Part shown: piece by piece, positions 46,388-56,220 of the stretch | Numbering within the stretch: the first letter of the stretch is position 1 | Layout of the letters: each line of letters begins with the position of its first letter | Virus record (IMG/VR): IMGVR_UViG_3300011614_000002 | Coordinates: 1 to 64,000 of that record | Source: a virus | Taxonomy: Duplodnaviria; Heunggongvirae; Uroviricota; Caudoviricetes | Length of the DNA stretch: 64,000 bases | Reading direction: 5' to 3' (one strand) | Notes under the pieces: generated by a model | Told to the model about the DNA's origin: nothing | What the model saw: only the letters and a program-made list of their open reading frames with translations | The model's database searches: none | Made by a program: the position numbers and the translations under genes

Positions 46388-46802
46388 CGGGTACCTTCTG
46401 GGCAAGTTCGAGCTGTCGGGCGGTTGCAAGTCGGTCCCTGCGGTCCGCGGCTTCGCAGCCACGGCACCGGGAGAAGTAATGGCCGCGGGAGGGGATCCAA
46501 CGGTAGAACTCCGCATCCTGGGGGTGGAACAGGCCGCAACGACGGCACAGTTTCTCCCTCCCCAATTCCGTGGTGCGGTACATCTCCAGGTCCTTCAGAC
46601 GGACCAATTTCGGCCGTTCTTTGATCTCCAGGGTCTGAGCCGCAAGGCTGTACCCCTGCCACATCGTCTCGACGGTCGGGTCCAGGTAGTGGCCAGTAGG
46701 AGTGCACGCCAGCTGGGTCGCGAAACCACGGTTCTCCATGGCGATTTCGAAGGCATTGCGGAACGGGTCCAAGCTGAAGGCTCCAGGGTGACAAGAGCCC
46801 AA
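46377..46802 (-). CDS. hypothetical Cys-containing protein (141 aa)
   Basis: ORF. A reverse-orientation GTCACGAC motif lies 10 bp upstream of the start. Confidence 0.5.
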   Translation of the reverse strand: MGSCHPGAFSLDPFRNAFEIAMENRGFATQLACTPTGHYLDPTVETMWQGYSLAAQTLEIKERPKLVRLKDLEMYRTTELGREKLCRRCGLFHPQDAEFYRWIPSRGHYFSRCRGCEAADRRDRLATARQLELAQKVPDAA

Positions 46803-46875
46803 ATGGTGCTGTCACGACTTCAGAAGGCAGATAGGGCAGGGTAGGGCGGTCCCGTCGTGACGCTAGCCTGCAGCC

Positions 46876-48558
46876 ATGACAGACATCGCCCTTCACACCG
46901 CCCACAACCCAGCAGCGCCCCAAGATGAGCGACACGACGCTATGCGCGTGGCTCAGGTAGCGGCGATGCCCAATTCCGTTCCGGACATGCTGCCGCTGGT
47001 GCAGTACGTCCAGCAGCTCTACCAGGAGGAACAGTTCGCCAAGGCGCTGACCAACAACGCTGCGCCCCATCCCAGCAGGGCCGCCCGCGCTGGCACGCCC
47101 GGCATGCAGTCAGTCTGGCTGGACGACCAACGCATCCAGACCATGGGCGACTGGTACGAAAGGCCCAGCGCTTTCAGCTTCGACACCATGCGCCAGATGG
47201 TCGACAACACCCCTGTGCTCGGCGCTGTAGTCCTGACGCGACAGCGCCAGATCAAGCGCTTCTGCCGCGTGCAGCAGGGCGGGCGCGGCCCGGGTTTCAC
47301 GATCGAGCTGAAGGACCCTAGCGCGACCCAGGGCCGCCAGGAAAAGCAGGTGATCCAGCGCCTGGAGTCCTTTTTCACCAACTGCGGCTGGGAATCCAAC
47401 CCAAGGCAGCGCCAGCGGCTGAAGCGCGACAATTTCTCCGGCTTCATGGCCAAGCTGGTGCGGGACAGCCTGATCATGGATAGCGCCCCCATCGAAACCG
47501 AGTACAAGCGCGACCGGAAACGCGGCATGGACGGCTTCTATGCCGTCGATGGCGGGACGATCCGCCTGTGCTCGGAGGTGGGCTACAGCGGCGACGACGA
47601 AATCTTCGCCCTGCAGGTGGTCGGCGGCCAGATCCGCACGGCCTATACCTATGACGACCTGATCTACGTCCCGCGCAATCCGCGCACCGAGGTCACCTAT
47701 GGTGGCTATGGGATGTCGGAAACTGAGCTGCTAGTCAGGGTAGTTACCGGTTACCTGAACGCTTTCACCTACAACACCAAGTATTTCGACAGCAACGCCA
47801 TCCCCAAGGGCATGCTTCATCTGTCGGGCAACTACGACGAAAGCGACATCAACAGCTTCAAACGCTACTGGAACGCGATGGTGAAGGGCATCAACAATGC
47901 CTGGACCTTGCCGGTGATGGTGTCCAAGAACCAGGAGTCGCGCGCAGCGTTCGAGAAATTCGGCGTTGATGTCGACGACGTCATGTTCGCGAAGTGGATG
48001 ACGTTCCTGACCAGCATCATCTGCGCCATCCATGGCATGGCGCCCGATGAAATCAACTTCGAGAGCTTCACCGCCGGCACCAGCTCGCTGTCTGGCAGCG
48101 ATACCGAAGAGAAGCTGATCAACTCCAAGGACAAAGGCCTGCGCCCACTGCTGGCCCACTTCGAAGACACCTTCAGCGATTACATCGTCTCCGACTTCTC
48201 CGACCAGTACGTCTTCCGCTGGACCGGCCTGGACGATCAGAAGCCGGAAATCGTCTGGGGCCAGCAGCAGGCGTTGCTAACCGTCAACGAGGCGCGCAAG
48301 GCCAACGGCTACGACGAAACCGCAGAGGCCTGGGGCGAAGCCCCGCTGAATCCAGCTCTGCTGGGGGTGTATCAAGGTGCCCAGCAGCAGGACAGTCAGG
48401 ATTTCGGCCAGCCGGGCAGCTATGACTTGTCGGATAGCCGCGACAGCCAGAATGACTTCGGCGATCCGGCGGATGGCGAGCAGGCCCAGGCAGAAGGCGA
48501 CGATCCCGACGAGATGGCCAAGAGCTTTGGCCTTCCGATACTGCGGATCGACGTATGA
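46876..48558 (+). CDS. portal protein (putative)
   Basis: 560 aa with an acidic C-terminal tail. First gene of the head module, followed by MuF-like, scaffold and capsid genes. Confidence 0.6.
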   Translation: MTDIALHTAHNPAAPQDERHDAMRVAQVAAMPNSVPDMLPLVQYVQQLYQEEQFAKALTNNAAPHPSRAARAGTPGMQSVWLDDQRIQTMGDWYERPSAFSFDTMRQMVDNTPVLGAVVLTRQRQIKRFCRVQQGGRGPGFTIELKDPSATQGRQEKQVIQRLESFFTNCGWESNPRQRQRLKRDNFSGFMAKLVRDSLIMDSAPIETEYKRDRKRGMDGFYAVDGGTIRLCSEVGYSGDDEIFALQVVGGQIRTAYTYDDLIYVPRNPRTEVTYGGYGMSETELLVRVVTGYLNAFTYNTKYFDSNAIPKGMLHLSGNYDESDINSFKRYWNAMVKGINNAWTLPVMVSKNQESRAAFEKFGVDVDDVMFAKWMTFLTSIICAIHGMAPDEINFESFTAGTSSLSGSDTEEKLINSKDKGLRPLLAHFEDTFSDYIVSDFSDQYVFRWTGLDDQKPEIVWGQQQALLTVNEARKANGYDETAEAWGEAPLNPALLGVYQGAQQQDSQDFGQPGSYDLSDSRDSQNDFGDPADGEQAQAEGDDPDEMAKSFGLPILRIDV

Positions 48559-48992
48559 GCGCTTACCCGGGCGACGAGGTGTTCTTCCATCACCAGGGCG
48601 AGCCCCGCGCCGGCACGGTCAAAGCGGCCGGCCGGCACGGGTGCACGATCGAGCACGACGGTCAGTGCTTGCAGGTGCCCTGGCGCCAGGTCGCCGGCCA
48701 CAAGCGCCGCACCAAGCAGCCTTTCAAGATCATCGACGCCGGCGACGACGGCGTCATCGTGGCCGACAAGACCGGCCGCAAACGCTACATCGCGGCGCCA
48801 CGCCAGGCGCCGGACGAACCTCTGACGAAAGCCCTTGTTCCGCCATCCCCCCGCTCTGATCGCGTCTTCCTGAAGTCCGGCATTGCCGGCGTCATCGTCG
48901 GCCGTCCAGGCCGCGACGGCGCCCACGTCCTGGACGACAGCGGCACGCTTCACCGCGCGCGCTGGGAAGACATCTCGAACCATGCCCCATAA
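48555..48992 (+). CDS. hypothetical protein (145 aa)
   Basis: ATGA-coupled to the portal gene. Confidence 0.45.
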   Translation: MSAYPGDEVFFHHQGEPRAGTVKAAGRHGCTIEHDGQCLQVPWRQVAGHKRRTKQPFKIIDAGDDGVIVADKTGRKRYIAAPRQAPDEPLTKALVPPSPRSDRVFLKSGIAGVIVGRPGRDGAHVLDDSGTLHRARWEDISNHAP

Positions 48993-49347
48993 CGCCCTGT
49001 TGGGCAGAGGCACCATGAGCTACGAAGAGATCCAATCGGCCTGGCGATCCCAGGCGCAAGGAGTGGCGACGCTTTTCGTGTCGGCCACTCACAACCGCGT
49101 CCAGATCGATGTCGAGACCAGCGCCGCTGCTACCAGCGGGACTCTGGCGGTGTCCTTCCTGACGCCCCTGATGACGCAGCCCAAGCCGCTACGCGATGAA
49201 AGCGGGAACAAAGTCAGCATCGACCTGGCGGATCCGTATCCGGTCCAGATCAGAGACATGATGATCAGCCAGCTGCTGTTCACGCCGGCGGGCTTCGACG
49301 CTGACAAGACCTACCACGTCGCTGTCGTTTCAGCCGAGGTGCAGTGA
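48982..49347 (+). CDS. hypothetical protein (about 122 aa)
   Basis: ORF. Confidence 0.4.
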   Translation: MPHNALLGRGTMSYEEIQSAWRSQAQGVATLFVSATHNRVQIDVETSAAATSGTLAVSFLTPLMTQPKPLRDESGNKVSIDLADPYPVQIRDMMISQLLFTPAGFDADKTYHVAVVSAEVQ

Positions 49348-50666
49348 TGGGGGTCGTGCAGATGCGCGCCATCGGCCGCGTGCAAGCCGACTCCAATGCG
49401 GGAAGCCTGATGTTCGCCCGCTCGCGCTTGGTCGGTTTCTTCGGCGACAGCCGCGCCTTCCTGTCCTTCTCTGGCAGCAACGGCCACGACTATCTGAAGG
49501 GCTATGGCATAGCCTTTTGGGCGCAGAAATGGGCCAACGGATGCGTCACCTTCCCTTCCAGCCTGAACGGCGGCAAGGCAGGGGAAACGACCCAGGACAT
49601 GCTGGGTCGCCAAGCGGCCTACATTGCGACCCTCAAGGCCGCAGGCGCCACGATGGTCGTCGTCATTGCGGGTACCAACGACCGCACCGGCAACAAGCTC
49701 ACCCTGGGGCAGAGCAAGACCAACATCCAGTGCATCGTGAGCAACTTCCAGGAGGCCGGCATCGCAGTGGTGCTGGTTTCAGAGACTCCGCGCGGTACCG
49801 GGTCCAGCTCCTACGAGCTCACCGCTGCCCAGGCCTCGGACCTGTACCAGCTGCACCTGTGGATCGAGCGGGTCATGTCCCGGGTCTGCCTGGTGGCCAA
49901 CGTCTGGGACAGCTGGATCGATGCTGCTTCCGGGGCGCTGTTCCGCCCGCTAGCCCAGATGGTCATGGATGGTATTCATCCATCCAAGATCGGCGGGATG
50001 TGGGCTGGTAAGGCCGTGGCGGCCAAGCTGATGCTGCTTTCTCGAAGGTTGCCCACCCTGGCGCATTCATCCGATGTCTGGTCCAGCAGCAACCCGCAGG
50101 GCAATCTGACGGCCAATGCTCTGGTCACCGGTACGAGCGGCGCAATCGCGGCCAGCTGCAACCCAACTGCGGGCAGCGTGCTGGCCACCGGCTGGAATGC
50201 CGAGGCGAGCAACATGGCGGGAGTGACCACCACCTGGTCGAAGGAGATGTCTGCAGGGGAGGAATGGCAGCGGGTCGATCTGGCCGGTACCGCGACGGCT
50301 GCGGCGGCACCGGAGCTGATCACCTACGTGGACTTGAACCTGGCGGCCCTGGCCGACGGCGACAAGATCAGGGCTACCGGTCTACTGGGCTCCCGCGGTA
50401 CCGGCCTTGCCGCGGTTGGCCTGGCGCTGATGGTTGTGCCCGGCTACAGCCTGAAGCTCGACGGCGAGGACAGTGACAACACCCAGCCCTGGCCCAGCCA
50501 AAGGCTTGGCCCGTTCCCCTATGAGTCAACGGCTCTGGCCTTCAGCGCATCAGCAGGGCTGACCCTGGTGCGCGTCCGGGTGCAGATCAACCTGCAGGCC
50601 AAGGCCGCCGTCAACGCGCGCGTCTGGTTCAGCAAGACCGGCGCTCTCAAGGTGACCTACGGCTAG
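49344..50666 (+). CDS. SGNH/GDSL-family hydrolase with C-terminal beta-rich domain
   Basis: Block I FFGDSRAF, block III IAGTNDR, block V DGIHPS. Confidence 0.6.
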   Translation: MMGVVQMRAIGRVQADSNAGSLMFARSRLVGFFGDSRAFLSFSGSNGHDYLKGYGIAFWAQKWANGCVTFPSSLNGGKAGETTQDMLGRQAAYIATLKAAGATMVVVIAGTNDRTGNKLTLGQSKTNIQCIVSNFQEAGIAVVLVSETPRGTGSSSYELTAAQASDLYQLHLWIERVMSRVCLVANVWDSWIDAASGALFRPLAQMVMDGIHPSKIGGMWAGKAVAAKLMLLSRRLPTLAHSSDVWSSSNPQGNLTANALVTGTSGAIAASCNPTAGSVLATGWNAEASNMAGVTTTWSKEMSAGEEWQRVDLAGTATAAAAPELITYVDLNLAALADGDKIRATGLLGSRGTGLAAVGLALMVVPGYSLKLDGEDSDNTQPWPSQRLGPFPYESTALAFSASAGLTLVRVRVQINLQAKAAVNARVWFSKTGALKVTYG

Positions 50667-50910
50667 ATGACGGGCCGGTCGTGACGGCCCAATACCCTCA
50701 CCAAGCCTGAGTACCTCGGAAGCCTTACCGGGCCGGTGTGGGCTAAACACCGGAACTTACCCCCCTGCATCGCTCAGGGGCGCCGCGGCGGTGACGTCGT
50801 AGGCTAGGCCAGCGGAGGCCGCAGCACTGAGCCCCAGGACACTGGGGTAGACGGATCGGTGCACCACAGCCCCAGCAGGTCTCACGGCCTGCTGGGGCTT
50901 TTCTTTTGTC

Positions 50911-52092
50911 GTGAGGCCAGAGTGCCGAAAAGCCCGGAATTCACACATGTTCGTCGATCTGACACTGCTCAGCGCCCAGGCCACTGAAGACGCGCTGGAG
51001 TACATTTTCAAATCCACCAGCAGCGACGACAAAGGCGCTGGCATCTGGAACCCCCACGAATCGCTGTTGATCCGCCGGCTGATCGAGCTGTTCACCCAGC
51101 GAGGCCTGCTCAGGCTGCAGGCGGTGCAGGAACAGCTGTTGGCCTGGGAAGCTGGTCACAACCACGTGGCGAACCCGGCTCCCCCCGCGCCGCCGGGCAT
51201 GATGACGCGCTGGACCGCCCAGGAGCTGGACCTGGTGAAGCTCTACCTGGAAGCCTTGCCGCCGGCGAAATGGACACTGGACGACCACATGATGGCCGTC
51301 GACTACGTGGTACAGCGGTTTCTCCCGGCGGATGAGCTCAGGACCGAGGCGCAGTGGCTGGCGACCAGGGCTGGCCTGATGGGCAAGGTGCAGGCGAATC
51401 TGAAGGCCGCCGCCATTACACCCAAGCAGGCCGATGCGCTGCTGGCCGTGCTGCCGCTGACGCCGGCCGCAGCCGCTGAGAGGTTCGAACTCAACCCCCA
51501 GCAGAAAGCCTGCCTTGAATTCGGCGCTCAACGTGCAGCAGAGAACGTCCGGTCACTGACGGACAAGGTGCGCCACCAACTCAGGCAGGCGATCTTGCAG
51601 CACTTGGAAGACCAGATCACCAAGCCAGCGGGCCAGCCCGGGCAGGATCTGCAGACCAAGCTACAGGACCAGTTCGGGGATCTGAATCGCGACTGGCGAC
51701 GAATCGCCGTCACAGAGGCTGGGGAGTGCCAGACCCAAGGATTCATCGCCTCGCTCAAGCCTGGCACGAAGGTGAAGCGCATCGAGCAGTACGCGACCGC
51801 CTGCGCCTTCTGCAAGAAGATCCATGGGGTCGTTGCGACGGTGGTGGCGGCCGATCACCCCGACAAGGATAGCGACACCATGGTCTGGCCGGGCAAGAAC
51901 AACATCGGCCGCAGCGCGGCGCCCCGTAAGCGGGTAGGGGACCAGCTGATCCCACGCACCAAGGAAGAGATGTGGCATTTGCCGGCCGGCCTGGCGCACC
52001 CCCATTGCCGTGGCCGCTGGGTAATCGCCCAGGCCGTCAGCGAAGACGATGATCCAGATTTCGCCGCCTACCTGGACAAGGTGCTGGCCTGA
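50911..52092 (+). CDS. MuF/SPP1-gp7-like head morphogenesis (minor capsid) protein
   Basis: Position after portal. C-terminal motif HPHCRGRW resembles the gp7-family HPNCRC. Confidence 0.6.
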   Translation: MRPECRKARNSHMFVDLTLLSAQATEDALEYIFKSTSSDDKGAGIWNPHESLLIRRLIELFTQRGLLRLQAVQEQLLAWEAGHNHVANPAPPAPPGMMTRWTAQELDLVKLYLEALPPAKWTLDDHMMAVDYVVQRFLPADELRTEAQWLATRAGLMGKVQANLKAAAITPKQADALLAVLPLTPAAAAERFELNPQQKACLEFGAQRAAENVRSLTDKVRHQLRQAILQHLEDQITKPAGQPGQDLQTKLQDQFGDLNRDWRRIAVTEAGECQTQGFIASLKPGTKVKRIEQYATACAFCKKIHGVVATVVAADHPDKDSDTMVWPGKNNIGRSAAPRKRVGDQLIPRTKEEMWHLPAGLAHPHCRGRWVIAQAVSEDDDPDFAAYLDKVLA

Positions 52093-52191
52093 AGCGCGGT
52101 GGCGGTAACCGGGCGGAACAACGTGTCAGTTACCGCTTCCTCTGTGCGCGCCGTTCGGCTAGCTTGAGGCCTTCCACAGGGAGGATGCGCG

Positions 52192-52392
52192 ATGTTTCGG
52201 ATACAGCTGATGGTGGTGATGTTGCTGGCGCTCGCCAGCCAGGTGCAGGCCGCGGATTCATCAGCCTGCTATTCCATCGGCAACGCAGATGCCCGGGCGT
52301 ACTGCCTGGCCAAGGCACATCGAAATTCGAGCGGTTGCTACAGCATCCAGTCCAGCGACCTGCGTGCCCAGTGCCTGGCAGAAGTCCGGTAA
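52192..52392 (+). CDS. small secreted Cys-repeat protein (66 aa)
   Basis: Signal peptide followed by three CYSI-x5-RA-x-CLA repeats. Confidence 0.4.
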   Translation: MFRIQLMVVMLLALASQVQAADSSACYSIGNADARAYCLAKAHRNSSGCYSIQSSDLRAQCLAEVR

Positions 52393-52420
52393 TAGAAAAC
52401 CGCCCCCAGGGGCGGTTTCT

Positions 52421-53059
52421 TTATGCCTGCTCGGCCCTGGTCTGGCGCCGATTCCGTTTGTCCTCGATGCGCTCCCGCGCGGCTTTGATCATCTCGTCAG
52501 TGATGTCCTGCCCCGCATAGTCCCGCGCCTTCTTGATCACCCGGCGGATGTAGGCATCGGTGAGCTCGCTTTCTGCGCCTGATCTTGCGGGCCGCTGGTC
52601 ACGTTTGGCCTTGGCGGCGGCTTTGTCCAAGCGGCGCTGCCGGATCTGCTGGCGGGTCTGCTCAATTCGCTCGGCCGTGATCTCTTCACCGCGGTAACCC
52701 TTGTGCCCCGTGATCACCTTGCGCACGTAGCTGTCGGTCAGCTGCTCCCTTGCTGCGCGCTGCGCGGATAGCACCTTTTTCTTGTTGGCCTGGTAATGGT
52801 TCCGGTCGCGCTCCCGATCGCGGTCGCTGTTGTTGGCGCGCCACTTGCGGCCGTATTCAGCGCATTTGTTCGGGTTCTCGGCGACGTATCGCGCACGCCA
52901 CTCCAATTCTTGCGTGCGATTGGCGTTGTAGCGGTCCTTGCGTTGCTGGTTGCGGCAGGCCTTGCAGCGCGGCTGGTAGCCGTCGCGAAGCCGACCGAAC
53001 TCAGTCAGCGGCAGGCTGCGCTGGCATAGCGGACAGGTTTTGTGGGTCGTCGGGTCCAT
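52421..53059 (-). CDS. basic zinc-ribbon protein with two internal 37-aa repeats, opposite strand inside the head module
   Basis: CPLC...CKAC. Repeat units LTDSYVRKVITGHKGYRGEEITAERIEQTRQQIRQRR and LTDAYIRRVIKKARDYAGQDITDEMIKAARERIEDKR. Confidence 0.5.
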   Translation of the reverse strand: MDPTTHKTCPLCQRSLPLTEFGRLRDGYQPRCKACRNQQRKDRYNANRTQELEWRARYVAENPNKCAEYGRKWRANNSDRDRERDRNHYQANKKKVLSAQRAAREQLTDSYVRKVITGHKGYRGEEITAERIEQTRQQIRQRRLDKAAAKAKRDQRPARSGAESELTDAYIRRVIKKARDYAGQDITDEMIKAARERIEDKRNRRQTRAEQA

Positions 53060-53158
53060 GGGCGTCGATCAGCAATGTAATTGCCGCGACTTTGACGTCA
53101 CGACCCCTTCCCGCCGCCCGCTGGCCCCTGGTGGCGGTCGTGACACCACCATGGCGGC

Positions 53159-54040
53159 ATGAACGATGAACAGCTGCTAGCCGCAATCCCCGACTTCCTG
53201 AGCATGTCCACCCTGCTCAAGGCCACCCCGTCCCAGGAGGACGGCGCTCGCTTCATCTACTTCGAGGCGAGCAACGAAGGCGTCGATCAGCAGGGTGAGC
53301 GGGTGCTGGCCAAGGCGCTTGAAGAAAGCATGGCCACCTACCTGAAGTTCGGCAACGTCGATCTGGACCACTACACGATCACCGGCGCCCGCATGGGCCT
53401 GGCCAATCCGATGGCCTATGAGATCGGCCGCCCCGTCGACGTCACCATCCGCGACGGACGTACCTTCGTGAAGGCGCAGCTGTACCAGGGCGACGGTCCT
53501 CTGGCCGCCAACGCCAACATGGTGTGGGAGTCGATGACCGCCCTGAACCCACCGGCGCGCTGGTACCCGTCCGTGGGCGGTTCGGTGTTAGCCAAATCGG
53601 TGCAGATGGACCCGGTAACTGGCGAGAAGGTAGGGCTGGTTACCCGCGTGCGCTGGACCAACGTGGCCCTGAGCCGTACCCCGGTAAACCAGCACCTGCC
53701 TGCCGCGGGCGTAGCGCCGATCGCCGAGTTCGCCAAGAGCTTGGGCGGCTTCGTCGTGAAAAGCCTGGAGGCCGGCTACGGCACCGACTCCGCCACCTTG
53801 ACCGGCGGCAGCGCCCTGCGGATCCAGTCCGTCGACGCCAATCCCAACAGCTATTTCGAATTTCGCGATCGGCTTTCTGCCGCCGTGAGAAGTCGTGAGG
53901 CCACGATTCTTTCCGTAGACGGACTGATCGCCTACTCGACGCAACAGCTCGGTCTGCCGGCCTCGGCCGCGACGGACTGGGTGAATCGCTTCCTGGGCGA
54001 TTTGAACACTGGACTTACGAAGACAAGAGGCTCTCGATGA
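53159..54040 (+). CDS. putative prohead protease/scaffold-associated protein
   Basis: Position before scaffold and capsid. The C-terminal peptide GGSALRIQSVD is shared with the capsid N-terminus. Confidence 0.4.
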   Translation: MNDEQLLAAIPDFLSMSTLLKATPSQEDGARFIYFEASNEGVDQQGERVLAKALEESMATYLKFGNVDLDHYTITGARMGLANPMAYEIGRPVDVTIRDGRTFVKAQLYQGDGPLAANANMVWESMTALNPPARWYPSVGGSVLAKSVQMDPVTGEKVGLVTRVRWTNVALSRTPVNQHLPAAGVAPIAEFAKSLGGFVVKSLEAGYGTDSATLTGGSALRIQSVDANPNSYFEFRDRLSAAVRSREATILSVDGLIAYSTQQLGLPASAATDWVNRFLGDLNTGLTKTRGSR

Positions 54041-54681
54041 GCGATTTCGCACAACTACTGGCGGCCATTCAATCGGTTGCCGACGATCAAGACACCCTGG
54101 CCAAGTCCCTGGCCGCTGGTGGCGAAAACCTGGGCGACGGCAATCCCGAAGACGAGGAAGAAGCTGCCGCCGCTGCTGCTGCAGAGGCCGAAGCTGCCGC
54201 CGCTGCCGCTTCTGCCGGCACTCCCGGCGAAAACGCCGCCGAAGGCACCGCACTGACCAAGTCGCTGACCGTGGATGGCGAGCAGGTCGACCTGGTGGAT
54301 GCCGAACAGCTCTTCAAGAGCCTGAACGACCTGGAGACCCGCCTGACCGAGCACGAAGGCATGTTGACCAAGTCCCTGTCGCCCGTGCTGGACGTCATCA
54401 AGAACCAGAACGCCCTGATCAAGAGCCTGGGCGAGCGCCTGGACGTTCTGGCCGGCCAAGGCCGCGGTCGCAAGACCGTACTCACCATCAGCGAGCGTCC
54501 GGCCCCCGGCCAGCAGCCGCTGACCAAATCCGAACCCGTACAGCTGTCCGCCCAGGACCTGCTGACGAAATCCCTGCAAGCGCAGCGCGAAGGAAAGATC
54601 ACCGGTGCCGACGTGGCCCGCGTGGAAGTCGCTCTGCAATCCGGACTGTCGGCCCCTGCTGACGTTTTGGCCCGTATCTAA
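54037..54681 (+). CDS. scaffolding protein (putative)
   Basis: Acidic and Ala-rich. Repeated LTKSL heptads. ATGA-coupled. Confidence 0.55.
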   Translation: MSDFAQLLAAIQSVADDQDTLAKSLAAGGENLGDGNPEDEEEAAAAAAAEAEAAAAAASAGTPGENAAEGTALTKSLTVDGEQVDLVDAEQLFKSLNDLETRLTEHEGMLTKSLSPVLDVIKNQNALIKSLGERLDVLAGQGRGRKTVLTISERPAPGQQPLTKSEPVQLSAQDLLTKSLQAQREGKITGADVARVEVALQSGLSAPADVLARI

Positions 54682-54695
54682 CTGCCTGGAGGCAC

Positions 54696-56162
54696 TTGAT
54701 GGACTTTTTGACTAACGACGCCAACCTCTCCGGCGCTGCCGAAGCTGGCGAGATGGGCCAGCAGCAACTGGCTGATCTGCAGAAATCCCTGCAGGCCGGC
54801 TACGAAAGCGACGTCAACGGCATGTCCGGCGGCTCCGCTCTGCGTATCCAGTCGCTGGACAACACCCTGCAAGCCACCGTGCAGGACAACAAGCACTTCG
54901 CCCTCTTCAATGCGCTGCCCAAGCCGAAGGCGACCGCTGTGCTGGATGAATGGACCGAGCAGTCCGACATCGGCGGCTTCCTGGGCGATAGCTTCAACGA
55001 CCAGGACGGCGCGGCCGAAGAAACCCAAGGCGAGTACGAGCGTCGGGTCGGCAAGGTCAAGTACATGACCACCTACCGCAAGGTGCCGATCGTTCTGCAG
55101 AGCCAGAACAACATGGCTGACGCCGTCGCCCTGGAGTCGGTCAACGGCACCAAGCAGCTGCTGTCCAGCATCGAGTTCAGCCTGTTCGAAGGCAACGACC
55201 TGGTGGTCCCGAAGACCTTCGCCGGTATCCGTCAGCAGATCGAAGAGCTCGGCAGCTCGGATCACGTCATCGACATGCGCGGTGCCCCCCTGTCCAGCTT
55301 CGACCCCATCGGCCAGGCCGCGGGCGTTGTGTTCGGCTTCGGCAACTTCGGCACCCTGACCGATCTGTACATGCCGCCGTCCGTGCAGACCGACCTGAAC
55401 AACAAGCTGGACCCGGCTTTCCGTGTCGCGCTGGACAACAGCCCGAACTCCATCGCCTACGGCACCAACGTGCGTGCGATCCAGACCAGCTTCGGCGCGA
55501 TCGCCACTCGCAACGACGTCTTCATCCGTGACGAGAAGATGAAGGTGCCCTTCGAGCTGCGCAACGACAACCACCGCAAGCAGGCCGTGAAGAACGCCGA
55601 GTTCAAGCCCGCTGGCCTCACCGCCGTGGCTGCTACCGATGGCGGCGCCGATTCCTACTGGGAAGCCAGCCACGCGGGTGCCTACGTCTACTACGTGACC
55701 GGCATCAACCACAAAGGCGAGACCCAGGCCGTGGCCGCGTCCGCTGGTGCCGTCACCGTTGCAGCCGGCGGCAAGGTCACCCTGACCATCACCGCTTCCG
55801 CCTCGGGCAGCGAAACCGGTTACGTGATCTACCGCGGCCGCAAGAACGGCACTGCCGCTCTGTCCGATGTCCGCGAGATGGTCCGTATCCCGAAAACCGG
55901 CGCGACCACCGTCTACAGCGACATCAACCGCGAGATCCCGGGTACCACCGCCAGCTACGCGCTGAACCTGAACCCGACCGATCACGCCATCAGCTGGAAG
56001 CAGTTCCTGCCGATGATGAAGATCCCGATGGCGGCCGTGAACAGCCCGATCATCCCCTGGCTCCAGATGATCTGCGGCTACCTGCGCATCACCAAGCGCA
56101 ACCAGCACGTGGTCTTCAAGAACATCGTGCCCACCGGCGCGAAGTGGAAGCCCTTCGGCTGA
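54696..56162 (+). CDS. major capsid protein (putative)
   Basis: Position after scaffold. 488 aa. Confidence 0.6.
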   Translation: MMDFLTNDANLSGAAEAGEMGQQQLADLQKSLQAGYESDVNGMSGGSALRIQSLDNTLQATVQDNKHFALFNALPKPKATAVLDEWTEQSDIGGFLGDSFNDQDGAAEETQGEYERRVGKVKYMTTYRKVPIVLQSQNNMADAVALESVNGTKQLLSSIEFSLFEGNDLVVPKTFAGIRQQIEELGSSDHVIDMRGAPLSSFDPIGQAAGVVFGFGNFGTLTDLYMPPSVQTDLNNKLDPAFRVALDNSPNSIAYGTNVRAIQTSFGAIATRNDVFIRDEKMKVPFELRNDNHRKQAVKNAEFKPAGLTAVAATDGGADSYWEASHAGAYVYYVTGINHKGETQAVAASAGAVTVAAGGKVTLTITASASGSETGYVIYRGRKNGTAALSDVREMVRIPKTGATTVYSDINREIPGTTASYALNLNPTDHAISWKQFLPMMKIPMAAVNSPIIPWLQMICGYLRITKRNQHVVFKNIVPTGAKWKPFG

Positions 56163-56220
56163 TCGACAGGGGCGGCTTAGGCCGCCCCTTTCCCTTTCAC
56201 CGCGTCTGACGGATCCACCA

